NCBI GenBank assembly: GCA_010909165.1
Contig: MU008151.1
Location: forward strand, 744,001-808,000
DNA length: 64,000 nucleotides
Reading direction: 5' to 3'
From: Anthoceros angustus
Taxonomy: Eukaryota > Plantae > Anthocerotophyta
The notes beneath the pieces are model-generated. The model had not been told where the DNA came from. It searched no databases and saw nothing but the letters and a program-made list of their open reading frames with translations. This document shows, in pieces, positions 12,353 through 26,050 of the stretch (its first letter is position 1; each line of letters begins with the position of its first letter). A program made the position numbers and the translations under genes.

Positions 12353-15300
12353 ATGAAGTGTGGAGGTGGCGCACTGCCAATCAAGTATGTGTGCATCAGC
12401 TCTGTTTTTGTTGATGTAGACGATGGCTGTCTAGCGAATTCTATTAGTTTCAAACAGCGTTTCCTGGTCACGAACAAGGCAAGGACAGAACTGTTCAACG
12501 AGGTCGTCTTGGTAAATAGCTTGTACAAGCCAGTTTTGGTGGATGCCCAGTTGGATGTGCATTTGGGTTGTAGTGGCATGCGGCCATCCATCTCGAGTTT
12601 GCAGGCCGAGGAGAGGCCTGCAGGATATGGATGGGGAGTGACTCCGAAAACCGTGAGCCAACTATGTCAGCAGGGACATATCAGTGAGGCTGTCGAGGCT
12701 CTGGCAGTTCTGGCGCACTCAAACCCAGTCATTCGTATCCCACACCATCTCTTGTATGCGGTGCTGCAGCAATGTTTGAGGAAGAAAGATTTGGTTCTGG
12801 GTCGCCGAGTCCATGCTGTGTGTGTGAAAGTGGGGTATGAGTCGGACACGTTTTTGTGCAACCATCTCCTACGAATGTATTCGTCCCATGCCCGGCTGCA
12901 GGAAGCCATGGATGTGTTCAGCTTAGTAGGCAAACCGGATGCCTTCACGTGGTCTGCCATAATATCTGCACATGTCCACCATGGGCAAGCAAGGCAGGCC
13001 CTACAACTGTATCTTGAGATGCGCAGGTCCAGCGTGAAGCCAGATGGCCATGTGTTTGTAGCGGCTCTACAGGCTTGTGCAAGGGAAGCAGACTTGGAAA
13101 CTGGGCAGCAGGTGCATGCTGATGTGATGGCCAGTGGTGTTGGGGTTGATCTGTTTATTTCTAGTTGCTTGGTGGACATGTATGCAAAATGTGGCAGCTT
13201 GAAGGATGCGCGAAGAGTGTTTGATGGGCTTCCTGAAAGAGACGTGGTGTTGTGGAATGCCATGATGGCAGGATATTCTCAGCACGGCATGAGTCAGGAA
13301 GCCCTTCAGCTCTACGCTGATATGCAACAAGAAGGCATCACTGCAGCTGATCCTGTGACATATGTGTGCCTCCTTCAGGCATGTGCAAGTGAGGGTATTT
13401 CGGCATTGGAGAAGGGAAGCAGCTTCATGCACGGATTGAAGAGCGAGGGCTGCAGGCTGATGTGGTTTTAGCAAACAGTTTGGTAAACATGTATGCTAAA
13501 TGTGGCAGCCTGGAGGATGCTCAGGGCGTGTTTGACAGCCTTCGTCAAAAGAACGTGGTCACGTGGACCAGTCTCATAGCCGGTTATTCCCATCAGGGCA
13601 TGGGTCAGGAAGCCCTTTGTCTTTATAGTGCTATGCAAGAAGAAGGCATTGCTGCACCTAATTCAGTGACATTTGTTTGCCTCCTGCAGGCGTGTGCAAG
13701 TGTGGGCACCCCAGCTTTGGAGAAGGGAAGCAGCTTCATGCACAAATTGTGGAACAAGGGCTGGGGCCGATGTGGCTGTGGCCAACAGTTTGGTAAACAT
13801 GTATGCAAGTGTGGCAGCCTAGAGGATGCTCAGGGCGCATTTGACAGACTTCAGGAAAAAATGTGGTGACGTGGACTGCTCTGATAGCTGGATACTCCCA
13901 GAAGGGCATGGGTCAGGAAGCCCTTTCTCTGTACGGTGAAATGCAACATGAGGGCATTGCAGCACCTGATTCTGTTACATTTCTGTGCCTCCTCCAAGCA
14001 TGTGCAAGTGTTGGTATCTCTGCCTTGGACAAGGGAAGCAGCTCCATGCACAGATTGGTGACGAGGGACTTTTAACCGATGACTTTGTCGCCAGCAGTTT
14101 GGTAAACATGTATGCGAAATGTGGCAGTCTAGAGGATGCTCAGAACGTATTTGACACGCTTAGTCAAAGGAATGTGGTGACTTGGAATGCCATCATAGCA
14201 GGATATTCCCAGCAGGGCAGGGGCAGGAAGCCCTTCGCCTCTACAGTGCGATGCAACAAGAAGGCTTAATTGCACCTGATTCTGTGACGTTTGTGTGTCT
14301 CCTGCAGGCTTGTGCAAGTATGGGCACTTCAGCTTTGGAGAATGGGAAACAGCTTCATGCACAGATTCGAGAAGGAGGACTTCAAGCCGATGTGTTTCTA
14401 GCCAACAGTTTGGTAAATATGTATGCAAGTGTGGGAGCTTGGAAGACGCTCAGAGAGTGTTTGATGGGCTTTTCCAAAAGATGTGGTGACATGGAATGCC
14501 ATGATAGCTGGTTATTCGCAGCAGGGCATGGGTCTCGAGGCCATTCATCTTTACAGCGCCATGCAAGAAGAAGGCACTGCTGCACCCTCTGGTATGACAT
14601 TCGTGGCGCTCTTGCAGGCATGTGCAGATTTGGCAGCTTTACAGCTGGGAAGGCAGCTGCATGTAGAAATTGAGGAGCAAGGGCTTGAAGTTGATGTGTT
14701 TGTAGCCATCAGTCTGATTAACATGTATGCAAAGTCTGGGAGCATGGTTGATGCACAGCAAGTGTTTGATGCAATGCCCGCAAGAGATGTAGTTGCCTGG
14801 AACGCACTGATTGCCGGGTATACTCGTCAAGGGACAGTGAAGTGGTTTTGGCTTGGTTCACAGAATGGGAGAGGATGGTGTACAGCCAGATGGCATCACA
14901 TTTGTGAGTGTACTAACAGCATGCAGTCATGCAGGTCTCGTGAGCAAGGGCAAGACTACTTTGAGGATATGAGAGGACACTATGGCATCACTCCAATGGC
15001 AGAGCACTACTCATGTATGGTTGATCTCCTGGGCCGTGCTGGCCAACTTGATGAGGCCCTCATGGTGGCAAAGACAATGCCGATACCACCTGATACCACA
15101 GTTTGGCACATGCTCTTGGGTGCCTGTCAAAAGTGGAGGAATGTTGAGGTGGGATGCCATGCTTTCAATGAAGCAGTGAAGCTTGACCAAAAAGATCCAT
15201 CAGCGTATGTGTTGATGTCGAACATATACGTCAGTGCCCAGATGTGGAAGGAGGCAGAGGAGATGCAACAGATCCGGAAAAGAGTCGGGGCATGGAAGCA

Positions 15301-15478
15301 GCCAGGGGAGAGCTGGTGGACAGACATGGACGGACTGGTGCATAGTTTTGTGGTTGGGGATAAAAAGCATCCCAAGAGTGAAGGTATGCATGCAGGGGTG
15401 CAACAGCAAGCTTGCAACATGAAGAGCGAAGGGTATGTGCCACATCTAGACTTGTGCTTGGGGGACGGACATACCTGA
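12353..15478 (+). CDS. PLS-class PPR protein A, E1-E2 plus truncated DYW:WW; frameshifted in consensus
   Basis: PLS triplets across ORFs 12332-13471 to 14483-15478. The end reads WKQPGESWWTDMDGLVHSFVVGD...EGYVPHLD with no HxE or CxxC. Confidence 0.85.
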
Positions 15479-15489
15479 TGATGACAAGG

Positions 15490-16310
15490 AAACCCAGTTG
15501 GGTGGCAGGCAACACAAGGAGTGCTCTTCTTTGGCTGACTTCCATGATGTAGAGTCCAATGAGGTCCTCTGGCTAAACAATTTTGACAGGCCAGTTGCAG
15601 TGGAATGCGCAACTGTCTGGTCTGGATATGTAAATGGGGCATGAAACCCCTATATCCGACTAGAGCGTCCTGGATTATGATCATTAGCCTTCAGATCCCT
15701 GCAGGACAGCAAAAGGGCAATAACGACTTAAAGCACCTATGACTGTGGCAGCTCACTGAGGCTACTAATGCTTTGGGAGTTCTGTTTCTGGGTCGCCAGT
15801 ACTGGTTCATGTCTTGAATGTGAAAATGGGCTACTATTCGGCTACGTTCTTGTGCAATCACATGTTACGACTTTATACCAAGTTGCAAGAAGCAATGGAG
15901 GTGTTTGTTATGGTCAAGAGACCGAATGCCTTCATGTGGTCGTCCGTAATTTCTGCCCCATGTGCAACAGGGACAAGCTAAGTAGACTATACAACTATAT
16001 CACCAGATGCGGAGGTCAAGCGTGAAGCGAGATGGCCATGTGTTTGTGGCAGCCCTACAGGCATGTGCAAGTGTTGGTTTCCCAGCGTCGGAGAGGGAAG
16101 GAAGCAACTTCATGGACAGATTGGTGAGCAGGCGATTCACACTGATGTGGTTGTTGGTTGCAGTCTAGTTAGCATGCTGCAGGAGAGCCAAGCATACGCA
16201 AGCAGCCTGGCCAGAGCTGGTGGACAGACATGGAGGGACTGGTGCACTGGTTTGTTGTTGGGGATACTAAAAGGCTTCACGAGAGTGACACAGTATATAC
16301 GCAAGGCTGA
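15490..16310 (+). pseudogene. Heavily deleted WW-type PPR pseudogene
   Basis: Fragments in the expected order with stops: ADFH..SNEVLWLNN, LTEATNALGVL, AFMWSSVISA, DGHVFVAALQACASVG, QSWWTDMEGLVHWFVVGD. Confidence 0.7.
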
Positions 16311-16779
16311 TGAAGTAGGCGGCTATCACGCCAGGATCAAGGCAAAAACAGACACAGGCTGCATGCAGTCGATGCCATAGCCTTGTCTTCTCTAGCTAGG
16401 TTTCCCAGCAGGGCAGACTGTAGCTAGGGCATAGACGGACATGGTATATTCAGAATGTGCGATATTCACTTTCCACGTTCGGCTTCAGCTCGAGCTCTTG
16501 CTTTCGATCTGCAGCGGTCTGATGAAGTGAAATAGGCCCAAGCAGCAGCACGCAGGATTGGCAAGCATATGATTGGCAAGAAGAAGTACGCAGAATTGGC
16601 AAGCACACGACCAACACCATAATCGGCTACGTCCTTTTTGGATCCCATGCTCTGTAGAAAACAATGCAGGTACATGTTTGTTTGGGAGACAAACTAACTT
16701 CCCCCTCTTCAATTGTTGAAACCTTGAATGTCTTTCTAACAAAGTGCCTGCAGGCATATGTATTAGAGACGAACTAAGC

Positions 16780-16888
16780 AAGCAACCTTAAAAACTGTGC
16801 AGTCCAGCAACCTTAAAAACTGCGCAGTCAAGCAGCCTTAGAAACTGCGCAGTCACGCAACCTAGAAACTGCGCAGTTACGCAACCTG
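16780..16888. repeat. Minisatellite, 24-25-bp unit x4
   Basis: GCAACCTTAAAAACTGCGCAGTCA-like units. Confidence 0.85.
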
Positions 16889-17247
16889 CGAAATAGTACT
16901 GAGATGGGATGTTTAAGAATGGGATGGGTGTTGAAGAGTGGGGTGTATATATACCATCTGAGATAAAAATCCTGTAGTTAAGCAAAAATTTTGTAGTTAA
17001 ATAAGCTATGAAAGGATCAATATTGAGATGGCGTGTTGTGGTTAGATCAATATTGAGATGGGTATCATCCTTTGCGTCTTATTGTGGTACTTTGCAATTG
17101 TTCACTACTATGTGGACGTGCCGACCTCACACAAGGGTGCCATCATCTCCATGTTAAATGCCTTATGGCCAAGGCATCTAACATCTATCCGGATATTATA
17201 TAGTCCATGTTAATAGAAATGGAAACAATCTAGAACTAAATGAAATT

Positions 17248-17557
17248 GGTGTGAAATTGGCAGATTCACAATTAATAGGACTACGTTTCGGTGTGAAATC
17301 AATAGATTCACAATTAATAGGACTATGTTTCGGTGTGAAATCAGCATATTCACAATTAATTAGGGACTACATTTGGGTTTGAAATTATTATATTCTCTTG
17401 AACACTCCATGGGCTAAGTAAGTATTCATTGTATACATGTTAACGTTGGAGCACATGAGATACAAGTTTGAATAATATGTTTGAGGTAAGTAATTAACAA
17501 GTTTGAATATGTTTGAGTAAGTAATTAACGAGTTTGCATATGTTTGGAACTGATTAA
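17248..17557. repeat. Two AT-rich minisatellites (about 43-bp x3 at 17248-17385; about 31-bp x3 at 17462-17557)
   Basis: GGTGTGAAAT....AGATTCACAATTAATAGGACTA.GTTTC and ACAAGTTTGAATATGTTTGAGTAAGTAATTA units. Confidence 0.75.
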
Positions 17558-17611
17558 GTGCCGGAAAGAAGCCATGTACATGGTAGTGGCCAACTGGTAA
17601 GCATTCAAGCT

Positions 17612-18820
17612 TCAGGCCGAGCAAGAGCGAACTCTCTCTTGAATCAATCGTCTTTCCCAGTCGGCGACACCTGTGAAAGCGTAGTTTGGAAGATGTTCGA
17701 ATGGAGCCTTCAAAGGATCGTTCTTAGCCAAGTCGTAAGTCGCTCCTCTGATGGCATCCTTCTTGGGACCACATGGCCGCTTTGAGGTGACCATGTTGTA
17801 TGCGGCTTCCAACTGCACGTACAGAGGGAGAAAGTTAAGGGAGAGGAGTGTGAGTATGTGAGAACGGATGCAAGTAAGGGAAGGGCTGATCTTGAAGGAT
17901 GTGAGCTCATGGGTTTACGTACATCTATGTTGTGGAACCAGAAGAGGTAGGCTATGACAACAGCGGGTGCCCTGCCAAGGCCTGCTGTGCAATGCACGTA
18001 AACGGTTCGGCCTTCGAGTTGAGATAGCGCCCGTTCCAGGGCAGACACGGCCTTGGGCAGCTCCTGCCGCAAAGACTGGGCATCGAAATCTCTGGCCTGC
18101 AGAAAGTTTAACGAAAGAAATCAATGTCGCAGGTCACAAGAGATGTTGTTGAGATCGGCCAAGGTGAAGCAAGTGAGGTACGGGCCCAGCAGCGACGATC
18201 CAACAAGAGCGTTTAGCTCACCGGCTTCCGCACATGGAGGATGCCATGATGCTTGCACCTTCGCACCACCGAGTCGATGTCAATGCCCCAGTATTGCACG
18301 TCCTTGTCCTGCTGCAAGCTCAAGATCGCGCCCACGTCGTGATCCGAATGAAGACGATCGATATCGGCCGGGCTCTGCGGCTGTGACCCCACGATGATGT
18401 TGCTGGTGATGCGCGTCAAATGCATGCCTGAGCGATTGCAACACGAAAGCAGTGATCAGAATCGCCCGATGTCGCGGAGTGCACACTCTGTACGTAGGTT
18501 GGTGGAGGATGCTCACCCAAATCGTGGTGGTACTCGAAGGGATTCCTCATTTGCCGCTGCATGTTGTTGTTGTAATCCTTCGTCTTCCTAACCGGCTGCT
18601 GCTGCTTATCTGCCTGCATAGCAATTATACTGGTGGAGACGCTGCCCAGCCGCCGAATCTCCCGTGGACACAGGTTCTTGAGACAAATCCTAGCGGCACG
18701 CTTTCCCGTGAAGCTACTAGTACTGGATCCAGTGCTGAAACTGTCATCAATCCTGTGAAGTGCGCGGTTAGCCCCTGCTGCGGTTGCTCCTGATGCTCCT
18801 GTTGACGCTGTGGTGAACAT
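17612..18820 (-). CDS. LSF2: Phosphoglucan phosphatase LSF2 (Like Sex Four 2), 4 exons, plastid transit peptide
   Basis: MRNPFEYHHDLG, IIVGSQPQ, LQQDKD..YWGID, catalytic VHCTAGLGRAP, KRPCGP..AIRGATYDLAKNDP and DWERRLIQERVR; no CBM48 domain. Confidence 0.93.
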
Positions 18821-18871
18821 GACAATTCGAGGATGATGTACTGGTTAAGCCTTAGAAAGAAGGAGAGAAGG

Positions 18872-19072
18872 AGAGAAAGCTGTGGGTTCCTTGGGTCTCA
18901 AGAGGGAACGATCATAGATAGAGGCCTAGGACAATCCGCTGAAATTTGTATAGGGAGAAAAATTGTGGGTTCCTTAGGCCTCGTTCAGTGAGAAAAAGTT
19001 GTGGGTTCCTTGGACCTCGAGTGGGAATGATGTTAGACTGAGGAGAAAAAGTCGTGGGTTTCTTGGGTCTCA
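18872..19072. repeat. Four dispersed copies of an approximately 28-bp motif in the LSF2 / PPR-B divergent intergenic region
   Basis: GAGAAA(A)AG(C/T)TGTGGGTTCCTTGG..CTC-like motif near 18872, 18955, 18990 and 19042. Confidence 0.65.
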
Positions 19073-19448
19073 ATGGGAATGGGAATGGGAATAGGAATGA
19101 GACGATCAGTAGGAATAGGAATTGGTAGATACCGATACACATATATAGGGAGAAAATAACCATGGCTTCCTTGGGCCTCGGCATTACGGCCATCCAGTAT
19201 CGACCTTGGGCCTCGGGGTTGTTGCCAGTGGTAGACAACCTCCCACATTCGAACGAACTTTGGTAGGAAGTGTTCTGCTGATCACTCCGGATGGGGGACC
19301 GGATCATAAACCCTCTATGTATGAGCTTCATGAACCAAAGTACATAAATTTGCAACTTCAAACAGAAAGAAAAGGAAAGCGCAGTTTGGAGAAGCCGGAA
19401 GATGGAAGAATGTGATTTGAGACGAGGGAAAAGGGCTCAGAGCTTGAG

Positions 19449-22400
19449 ATGGTGCAGGAGCTCCTGTGGAGATCGTTTTTGAGGACTCGACAAGGACAAT
19501 TTGGTGTGTTAATAGGCAGAAGAGATATCGTTCAACCGACATGGATTTTGTCGAGCAACGGGGCCGTCAGTAGCAGCAGTAGCAGGAGCAGCAGTAGCAT
19601 TAGCAGGAGCAGCAATAGCAGGAGCAGGAGCAGCGGCAGCAGTAGCACTCTTGCAAGGAAGGTTAAAGCTCGTCCAGATCAATGTTTGGCTGGAAAAGCA
19701 TCTGGTTTGCGACTACAGGTTTTGATGGATCAGACACTTGGATGGGATACCGGGGCACATACTCATACTGGAAGCCTCCATGAAGTCCTCTGGCTAAACG
19801 ACGGCCACTACCACAAGCCAGCCCGGGGAGATGAGAAGCTGGCTGGTTTGGATGTGCACATGGGCACTACATCCAGCTCCAGCGTGCCGGATGTTCCTGC
19901 CCCTCACAGGCCTGCAGGATGCGGAAGGGGCGTTGCGGCGGAAACCGTGAGGAGACTATGTCATGATGGCCATCTCGGTCAGGCTGTTGAGGCTTTGGGT
20001 CTTCTGGTGCAGACAGATGGTTGCATTTCGAAACCTCTTTTCTATGCTGTTCTCAAGAATTGTGTGGACACAAAGGACCTCGTTCTAGGTCGCCGTGTCC
20101 ATGCGTTCACCGTGGAAGCGGGGTACGAGTCGGACACGTTCCTGTGCAACCACATCCTGCGCTTGTATGCTTCTCTTGGGAGGTTGCAAGATGCCATGGA
20201 TGTGTTCGACTCTGTTGCCGAACCGGATGCATTCATGTGGTCATCCATAATCTCTGCCCATGTTCGACAAGGAGAAGCTGCAGAGGCCATACAACTCTAT
20301 CAGCGCATGATGTGCACATCACTTGTGAAGCCAGACAGTCATGTCTTTGTAGCAGCTCTGCAGGCTTGTGCAAGGGAGCAGACTTGACAACGGGGAAGCA
20401 GGTGCATGCTCATGCGGTTGCCACTGGTGTTGGCTCTGATTTGTTTGTTTGTAATGGTTTGGTGGACATGTATGCAAAGTGTGGCAGCTTGGAAGATGCT
20501 TATAGAGTGTTTATCAGACTTGGTCGAAAAGATGTAGTAACGTGGAATGCCATGATAGCAGGATATTCTCAACAGGGCATGGGTCAAGAAGCCCTGCAGG
20601 TTTACTGTGCTATGCAAGACCAAAGCATCATTGCACCCAATTCCATGACATTTGCATGCCTCCTGCAGGCATGTGCAAGTTTAGGGCCCCTGTCTTTGAA
20701 GAAGGGATGCGGCTTCACGCAGAGATGGTGGAACGAAAAGTTCAAATGGATGTGGTTGTCGGCTGCAGTCTGGTAAACATGTATGTAAAGTGTGGCACTC
20801 TTCAGGATGCTCAGTGTGTGTTAATAGTCTTAATCAGAAAAATGTGGCCACTTGGAATGCCATGATAGCAGGATATTCCCAGAAGGGAATGGGTCAGGAA
20901 GCGATTCGTGTTTACAGTGCTATGCAAGAAGAAGGAAAAGTTGCACCTGATACTGTGACGTTTGTGTGCCTGTTTCAGGCTTGTGCAAGCATGGGAACCC
21001 CAGCTTGGAAAGGGGTAAGCAGCTTCATGCAAAGATCGGCGACCAAAGGCTTCAGGTCAACATGTTACTGGTTAACAGTTTGATAAACATGTATGCAAAG
21101 TGTGGCAGCTTGGAAGATGCTCAAAGAGTGTTTGACAGACTCCATCAGAAAAACGTAGCGACCTGGAATGCCATGATAACAGGTTATTCCCACAAGGGCA
21201 TGGGTCAGACAGCTCTTGACCTTCACAGTGCCATGCAACAAGAAGGCCTGGTTGTACCCGATTCTGTAACATTTGTGTGCCTCCTGCATGCATGTGCAAG
21301 TCTGGGCAGCCCAGCTTTGGACAAGGGAATGCAGCTCCATGCACAGATTGAAGAAGAAGGACTTCAACGGGACATGGTTGTAGGCTGCAGCCTCGTCAAC
21401 ATGTATGTGAAGTGTGGCAGCCTACAGGATGCCCACATTGTCTTCGACAGACTTAGTCAAAAGATGTTGTGACATGGAATGCCTTGATAGCAGGATATTC
21501 CCAGCAGGACATGGGTCAGGAAGCGCTTTGTCTTTACAGTGCCATGCTGGAAGAAGGAAAAGTTGCACCTGATACTGTGACATTTGTGTGCCTGCTGCAA
21601 GTGTGGGAACTCTGGCTTTGGAACAGGGAAGCAGCTTCATGCACAAATTGTAGAACAAGGACTGCTAGCTGACGCAGTTGTAGGTGGCAGCCTGGTAAAT
21701 ATGTATGCAAAGTGTGGCAGCCTCGAGAATGCTGAGACAGTATTCAACAGACTTCAGAAAAAGGATGCGGTGACATGGACCTCTTTGATAGCAGGGTACT
21801 GCCAGCGGGGCTTGGGCCAGGAAGCGCTTTCCCTGTACACTGCCATGCAACAAGAGGGTGTGGCTGCAGCAACTTCTGTGACATTCGTGTGCCTCCTTCA
21901 GGCATGTGCCATCCTGGGATTCTTGGCTCTGGACAAGGGAAAGGAACTTCATGCTCAGATTAAGGAACAAGGCCTTGAAGCTGATCTGACCGTAGGCAAC
22001 AATTTGATAAACATGTACACAAAATGTGGAAGCCTGGGGATGCGCAGAGCGTGTTTGATAGACTTGGTCAGAAAGATGTGGTGACATGGAATGCCATGAT
22101 AGCAGGATATTCCCAGCAGGACATGGGTCAGGAAGCGCTTTGTCTTTACAGTGCCATGCAACAAGAAGGCCTGGTTGTACCCGATTCTGTGACATTTGCA
22201 TGCCTCCTGCAGGCATGTGCAAGTGTGGGAACTCTGGCTTTGGAAAGGGGTAAGCAGCTTCATGCACAAATTGTAGAACAAGGACTGCTAGCTGACGCAG
22301 TTGTAGGTGGCAGCCTCGTCAACATGTATGCAAAGTGTGGCAGCTTGGAAGATGCTCAAAGAGTGTTTGACAGACTCCATCAGAAAAACGTGGCGACCTG

Positions 22401-24046
22401 GAATGCCATGATAGCAGGATATTCCCAGCAGGACATGGGTCAGGAAGCGCTTTGTCTTTACAGTGCTATGCAAGAAGAAGGAATCGTTTCACCTGATTCT
22501 GTGACATTTGTGTGCCTGCTGCAAGCCTGTGCAAGTGTGGGAACTCTGGCTTTGGAACAGGGAAGCAGCTTCATGCACAAATTGTAGAACAAGGACTGCT
22601 AGCTGACGCAGTTGTAGGTGGCAGCCTGGTAAATATGTATGCAAAGTGTGGCAGCCTCGAGAATGCTGAGACAGTATTCAACAGACTTCAGAAAAAGGAT
22701 GCGGTGACATGGACCTCTTTGATAGCAGGGTACTGCCAGCGGGGCTTGGGCCAGGAAGCCCTTTCCTGTACACTGCCATGCAACAAGAGGGTGTGGCTGC
22801 AGCAACTTCTGTGACATTCGTGTGCCTCCTTCAGGCATGTGCCATCCTGGGGATTCTTGGCTCTGGACAAGGGAAAGGAACTTCATGCTCAGATTAAGGA
22901 ACAAGGCCTTGAAGCTGATCTGACCGTAGGCAACAATTTGATAAACATGTACACAAAATGTGGAAGCCTGGGGATGCGCAGAGCGTGTTTGATAGACTTG
23001 GTCAGAAAGATGTGGTGACATGGAATGTAATGATTGCAGGATATTCCCATCTAGGCATGGTTGAGGAAGCCCTTTGTCTTTACAGTGCGATGCGAAACAA
23101 AGGCATTGGTCCACCTGATTCTGTGACATTTTCGTGTCTCCTGCAGGCCTGTGCAAGTGTAGGTACCACGGCCCTGGAGAAGGGAAGCAGCTTCATTGGC
23201 AGATTGAAGAACGAGAACTGGAAGCTGATGTGGTTGTAGGTTGCAGCCTAGTGAGCATGTATGCAAAGTGTGGCAGCCTAGAGGATGCTCAGAGCGTATT
23301 TGACAGGCTTCCCGAAAGAACAGTGGTGACTTGGAATGCCATCATAGCAGGATACTCCCAGCAGGGCAAGTGTCAGGAAGCCCTTCGTCTGTACAGCCTT
23401 ATGCAGCAAGAAAGCACCATTTCTCCTGATTGTGTCACATTGTCTGCATTCTGCAAGCCTGTGCAGGAGTGGCAGCGTTGCATGTGGGAAGGAAGCTGCA
23501 TGCGGAGATAAAAGAACAAGGGCTTCAAGCTGATGCGTCTGTAGCCATCAGTTTGATAAACATGTATTCAAGTCCGGCAGCATGGGTGATGCACAACAGG
23601 TGTTTGATGCATTGCTGGAAAGAGACATTGTCGCCTGGAATGCACTGATTGCTGGATACACTCGTCTGGGAGACAGTGAACTGGTCATTGGGTTGATTCA
23701 CAAAATGAGAGAGGATGGATTACAGCCAGATGGCATCACGTTTCTTAGTGTAATAGCAGTCTGCAGTCATGCGGGTCTAGTGGACAAGGGACAAGAATAC
23801 TTTGAGACTATGATCAGGCAATATGGCATCACTCCCACCATGCAGCACTACTCATGCTTGGTTGATCTGCTAGGCCGGGCTGGCCAACTGAATGAGGCAC
23901 TTGCGGTGGTTAGGACAATGCCAGTACAGCCTCAAGCTGCAGTTTGGCACACTCTGTTGGGTGCTTGTCGAAAGTGGAGCAATGTGGAGGTGGCATCCCA
24001 TGCTTTCCACGAAGCATGGTTAGTCGTAACATGTCCCGAAATGTAG
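19449..24046 (+). CDS. PLS-class PPR protein B (WW-type family), long array, cut within E1 at about 24016; frameshifted in consensus
   Basis: Same leader and repeat consensus as the other WW-type genes. About 500 bp is internally duplicated at an offset of 934 (about three 312-nt triplets). Homology stops after SHAFHEA. Confidence 0.75.
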
Positions 24047-26050
24047 AGGCATGTTGAAATGTTGAAATGTCATTTTGCTGGAAGAGGTTGAAGGACACAT
24101 GCGGGGCGAAATGTCATTAGTGTAATGGCGGCATTGAGGTGATTCCAAAAACACATAGGAGTATTTAGATCCTTAGTGCTAAGGTTGAAGGATCCTCTGG
24201 TGACCTTCGAGTGAAGAGGGCTCACACTTTGACTCCTCATCTCACTTCCGAATCTTGATCTCACTTCACGAGCTCAAACCACGGCATCCCAAGCGCAAGC
24301 GGAAGGTTAGGAAACAGGCTGGGTATGTGCCTACACAAGAAAACCCTGCGGATATATTAGCAGCTCTTTCAAAGAGTTGCACGAGAAGCATGTTCGAGGC
24401 GGGGTTAGGAGAGTGGAACTTTCCTATCTAACCCCAACTAGCCTACATGCCACTACCTAATCCCATTTCAGTTATCAGTGTAGGTCTCGGAGGACTCTTC
24501 CTTTTGGATTCTCGAGTCGGAGGCTGGAGGCCTTCGTAGCATCGGGTCCTCCTGCACATGTAATCTTGGGAGGCAGCATCCTCCTCAATCCTCAAGGCAG
24601 ATCCTGCGGTCAAGACACAAAGCAATTAGATAGCTTTAGGCGAGTAGGAGTAGGAGCATAGATGAAGCAAAACCGGTCACTTCATGGCGGCTTACAACAT
24701 GACCGAGGAGCAGGGCAAGTGTCAGGAAGCCCTTTGTCTTTACAGTGCCATGCTGGAAGAAGGGATGCGGCTTCACGCAGAGATGGTGGAACGAAAAGTT
24801 CAAATGGATGTGTTCGACTCTGTTGCCGCGAGCCTAGGCTCACAATCTTCACATCCTTATCGGGGCCCCTTTGCATCACCTGCTGCGGCATGGTGCACTA
24901 GGCGTGAGGCGTGTGGCCTAGATTTGCGGCCCTTAGGAGTGGTGGGTGTAGGCTGCAGAAAAGTGTTTTGTCGCTCACCATGACACAGGGGCCCGACCAT
25001 GATTTCTTTGTTGGCCTTTTGGGGCGTGAGCCCGGTGGTGGCTTTGTTGTGGTCGAATGTAAAGGCTGGTTGTGTGAAGATGGTGTCTTGTATGCTTCTC
25101 TTGGGAGGTTGCAAGATGCCATGGATGTGGTTGTAGGCTGCAGCCTCGTCAACATGTATGTGAAGTGTGGCAGCCTACAGGATGCCCATGTTCGACAAGG
25201 GCTGTATGGCTGCGGCGATGGTCCCAGCGGATGGCTCCTCCACGCTATCTCCCATAAAGGCGTCTTGTGGTTCCTTATATGGCCAGGCAAATGGGGTCAT
25301 GCGAATGGATGTGCGATGGCCCATGCCACGACCTAAAAAAGAAAACATTGTGTGTCACAACCACAAAGATTCTGCAGCTGCTGATGTGGTTGTAGGCTGC
25401 AGCAACTTCTGTGACATTTGTGTGCCTGTTTCAGGCTTGTGCAAGGGAGCAGACTTGACAACGGGGAAGCAGCTTCATTGGCAGATTGAAGAAGAAGGAC
25501 TTCAACGGGACATGGTTGTAGGTGGCAGCCTACAGGATGCCCACATTGTCTTCGACAGACTTAGTCAAAAGATGTTGTGACATGGAATGCCATCATAGCA
25601 GGATATTCTCAACAGGGCATGGGTCAAGAAGCCCTGCAGGCCTGTGCAGGAGTGGCAGCGTTGCATGTGGGAAGGAAGCTGCAGAGGTTGAAGGATCCTC
25701 TGGTGACCTTACGAGTGAAGAGGGCTCACACTTTGACTCCTCATCTCACTTCCGAATCTTGATCTCACTTCACGAGCTCAAACACGGCATCCCAAGCGCA
25801 AGCGGAAGGTTAGGCGGAAACCGTGAGGAGACTATGTCATGATGGCCATCTCAGTCAGGCTGTTGAGGCTTTGGAAAGGGTAAGCAGCTTCATTGGCAGA
25901 TTGAAGAACGAGAACTGGAAGCTGATGTGGTTGTAGGTGGCAGCCTACAGGATGCCCACATTGTCTTCGACAGACTTAGTCAAAAGATGTTGTGACATGG
26001 ACCTCTTTGATAGCAGGATATTCCCATCTAGGCATGGTTGTAGGTGGCAG
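24016..26050. other. Patchwork of 25-120-bp exact pieces of PPR-B interleaved with unrelated sequence (probable consensus artefact)
   Basis: For example 24712-24828 equals pieces from about 23361, 21530, 20700 and 20195 joined by short overlaps; 24182-24311 recurs at 25685-25813. Confidence 0.75.
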
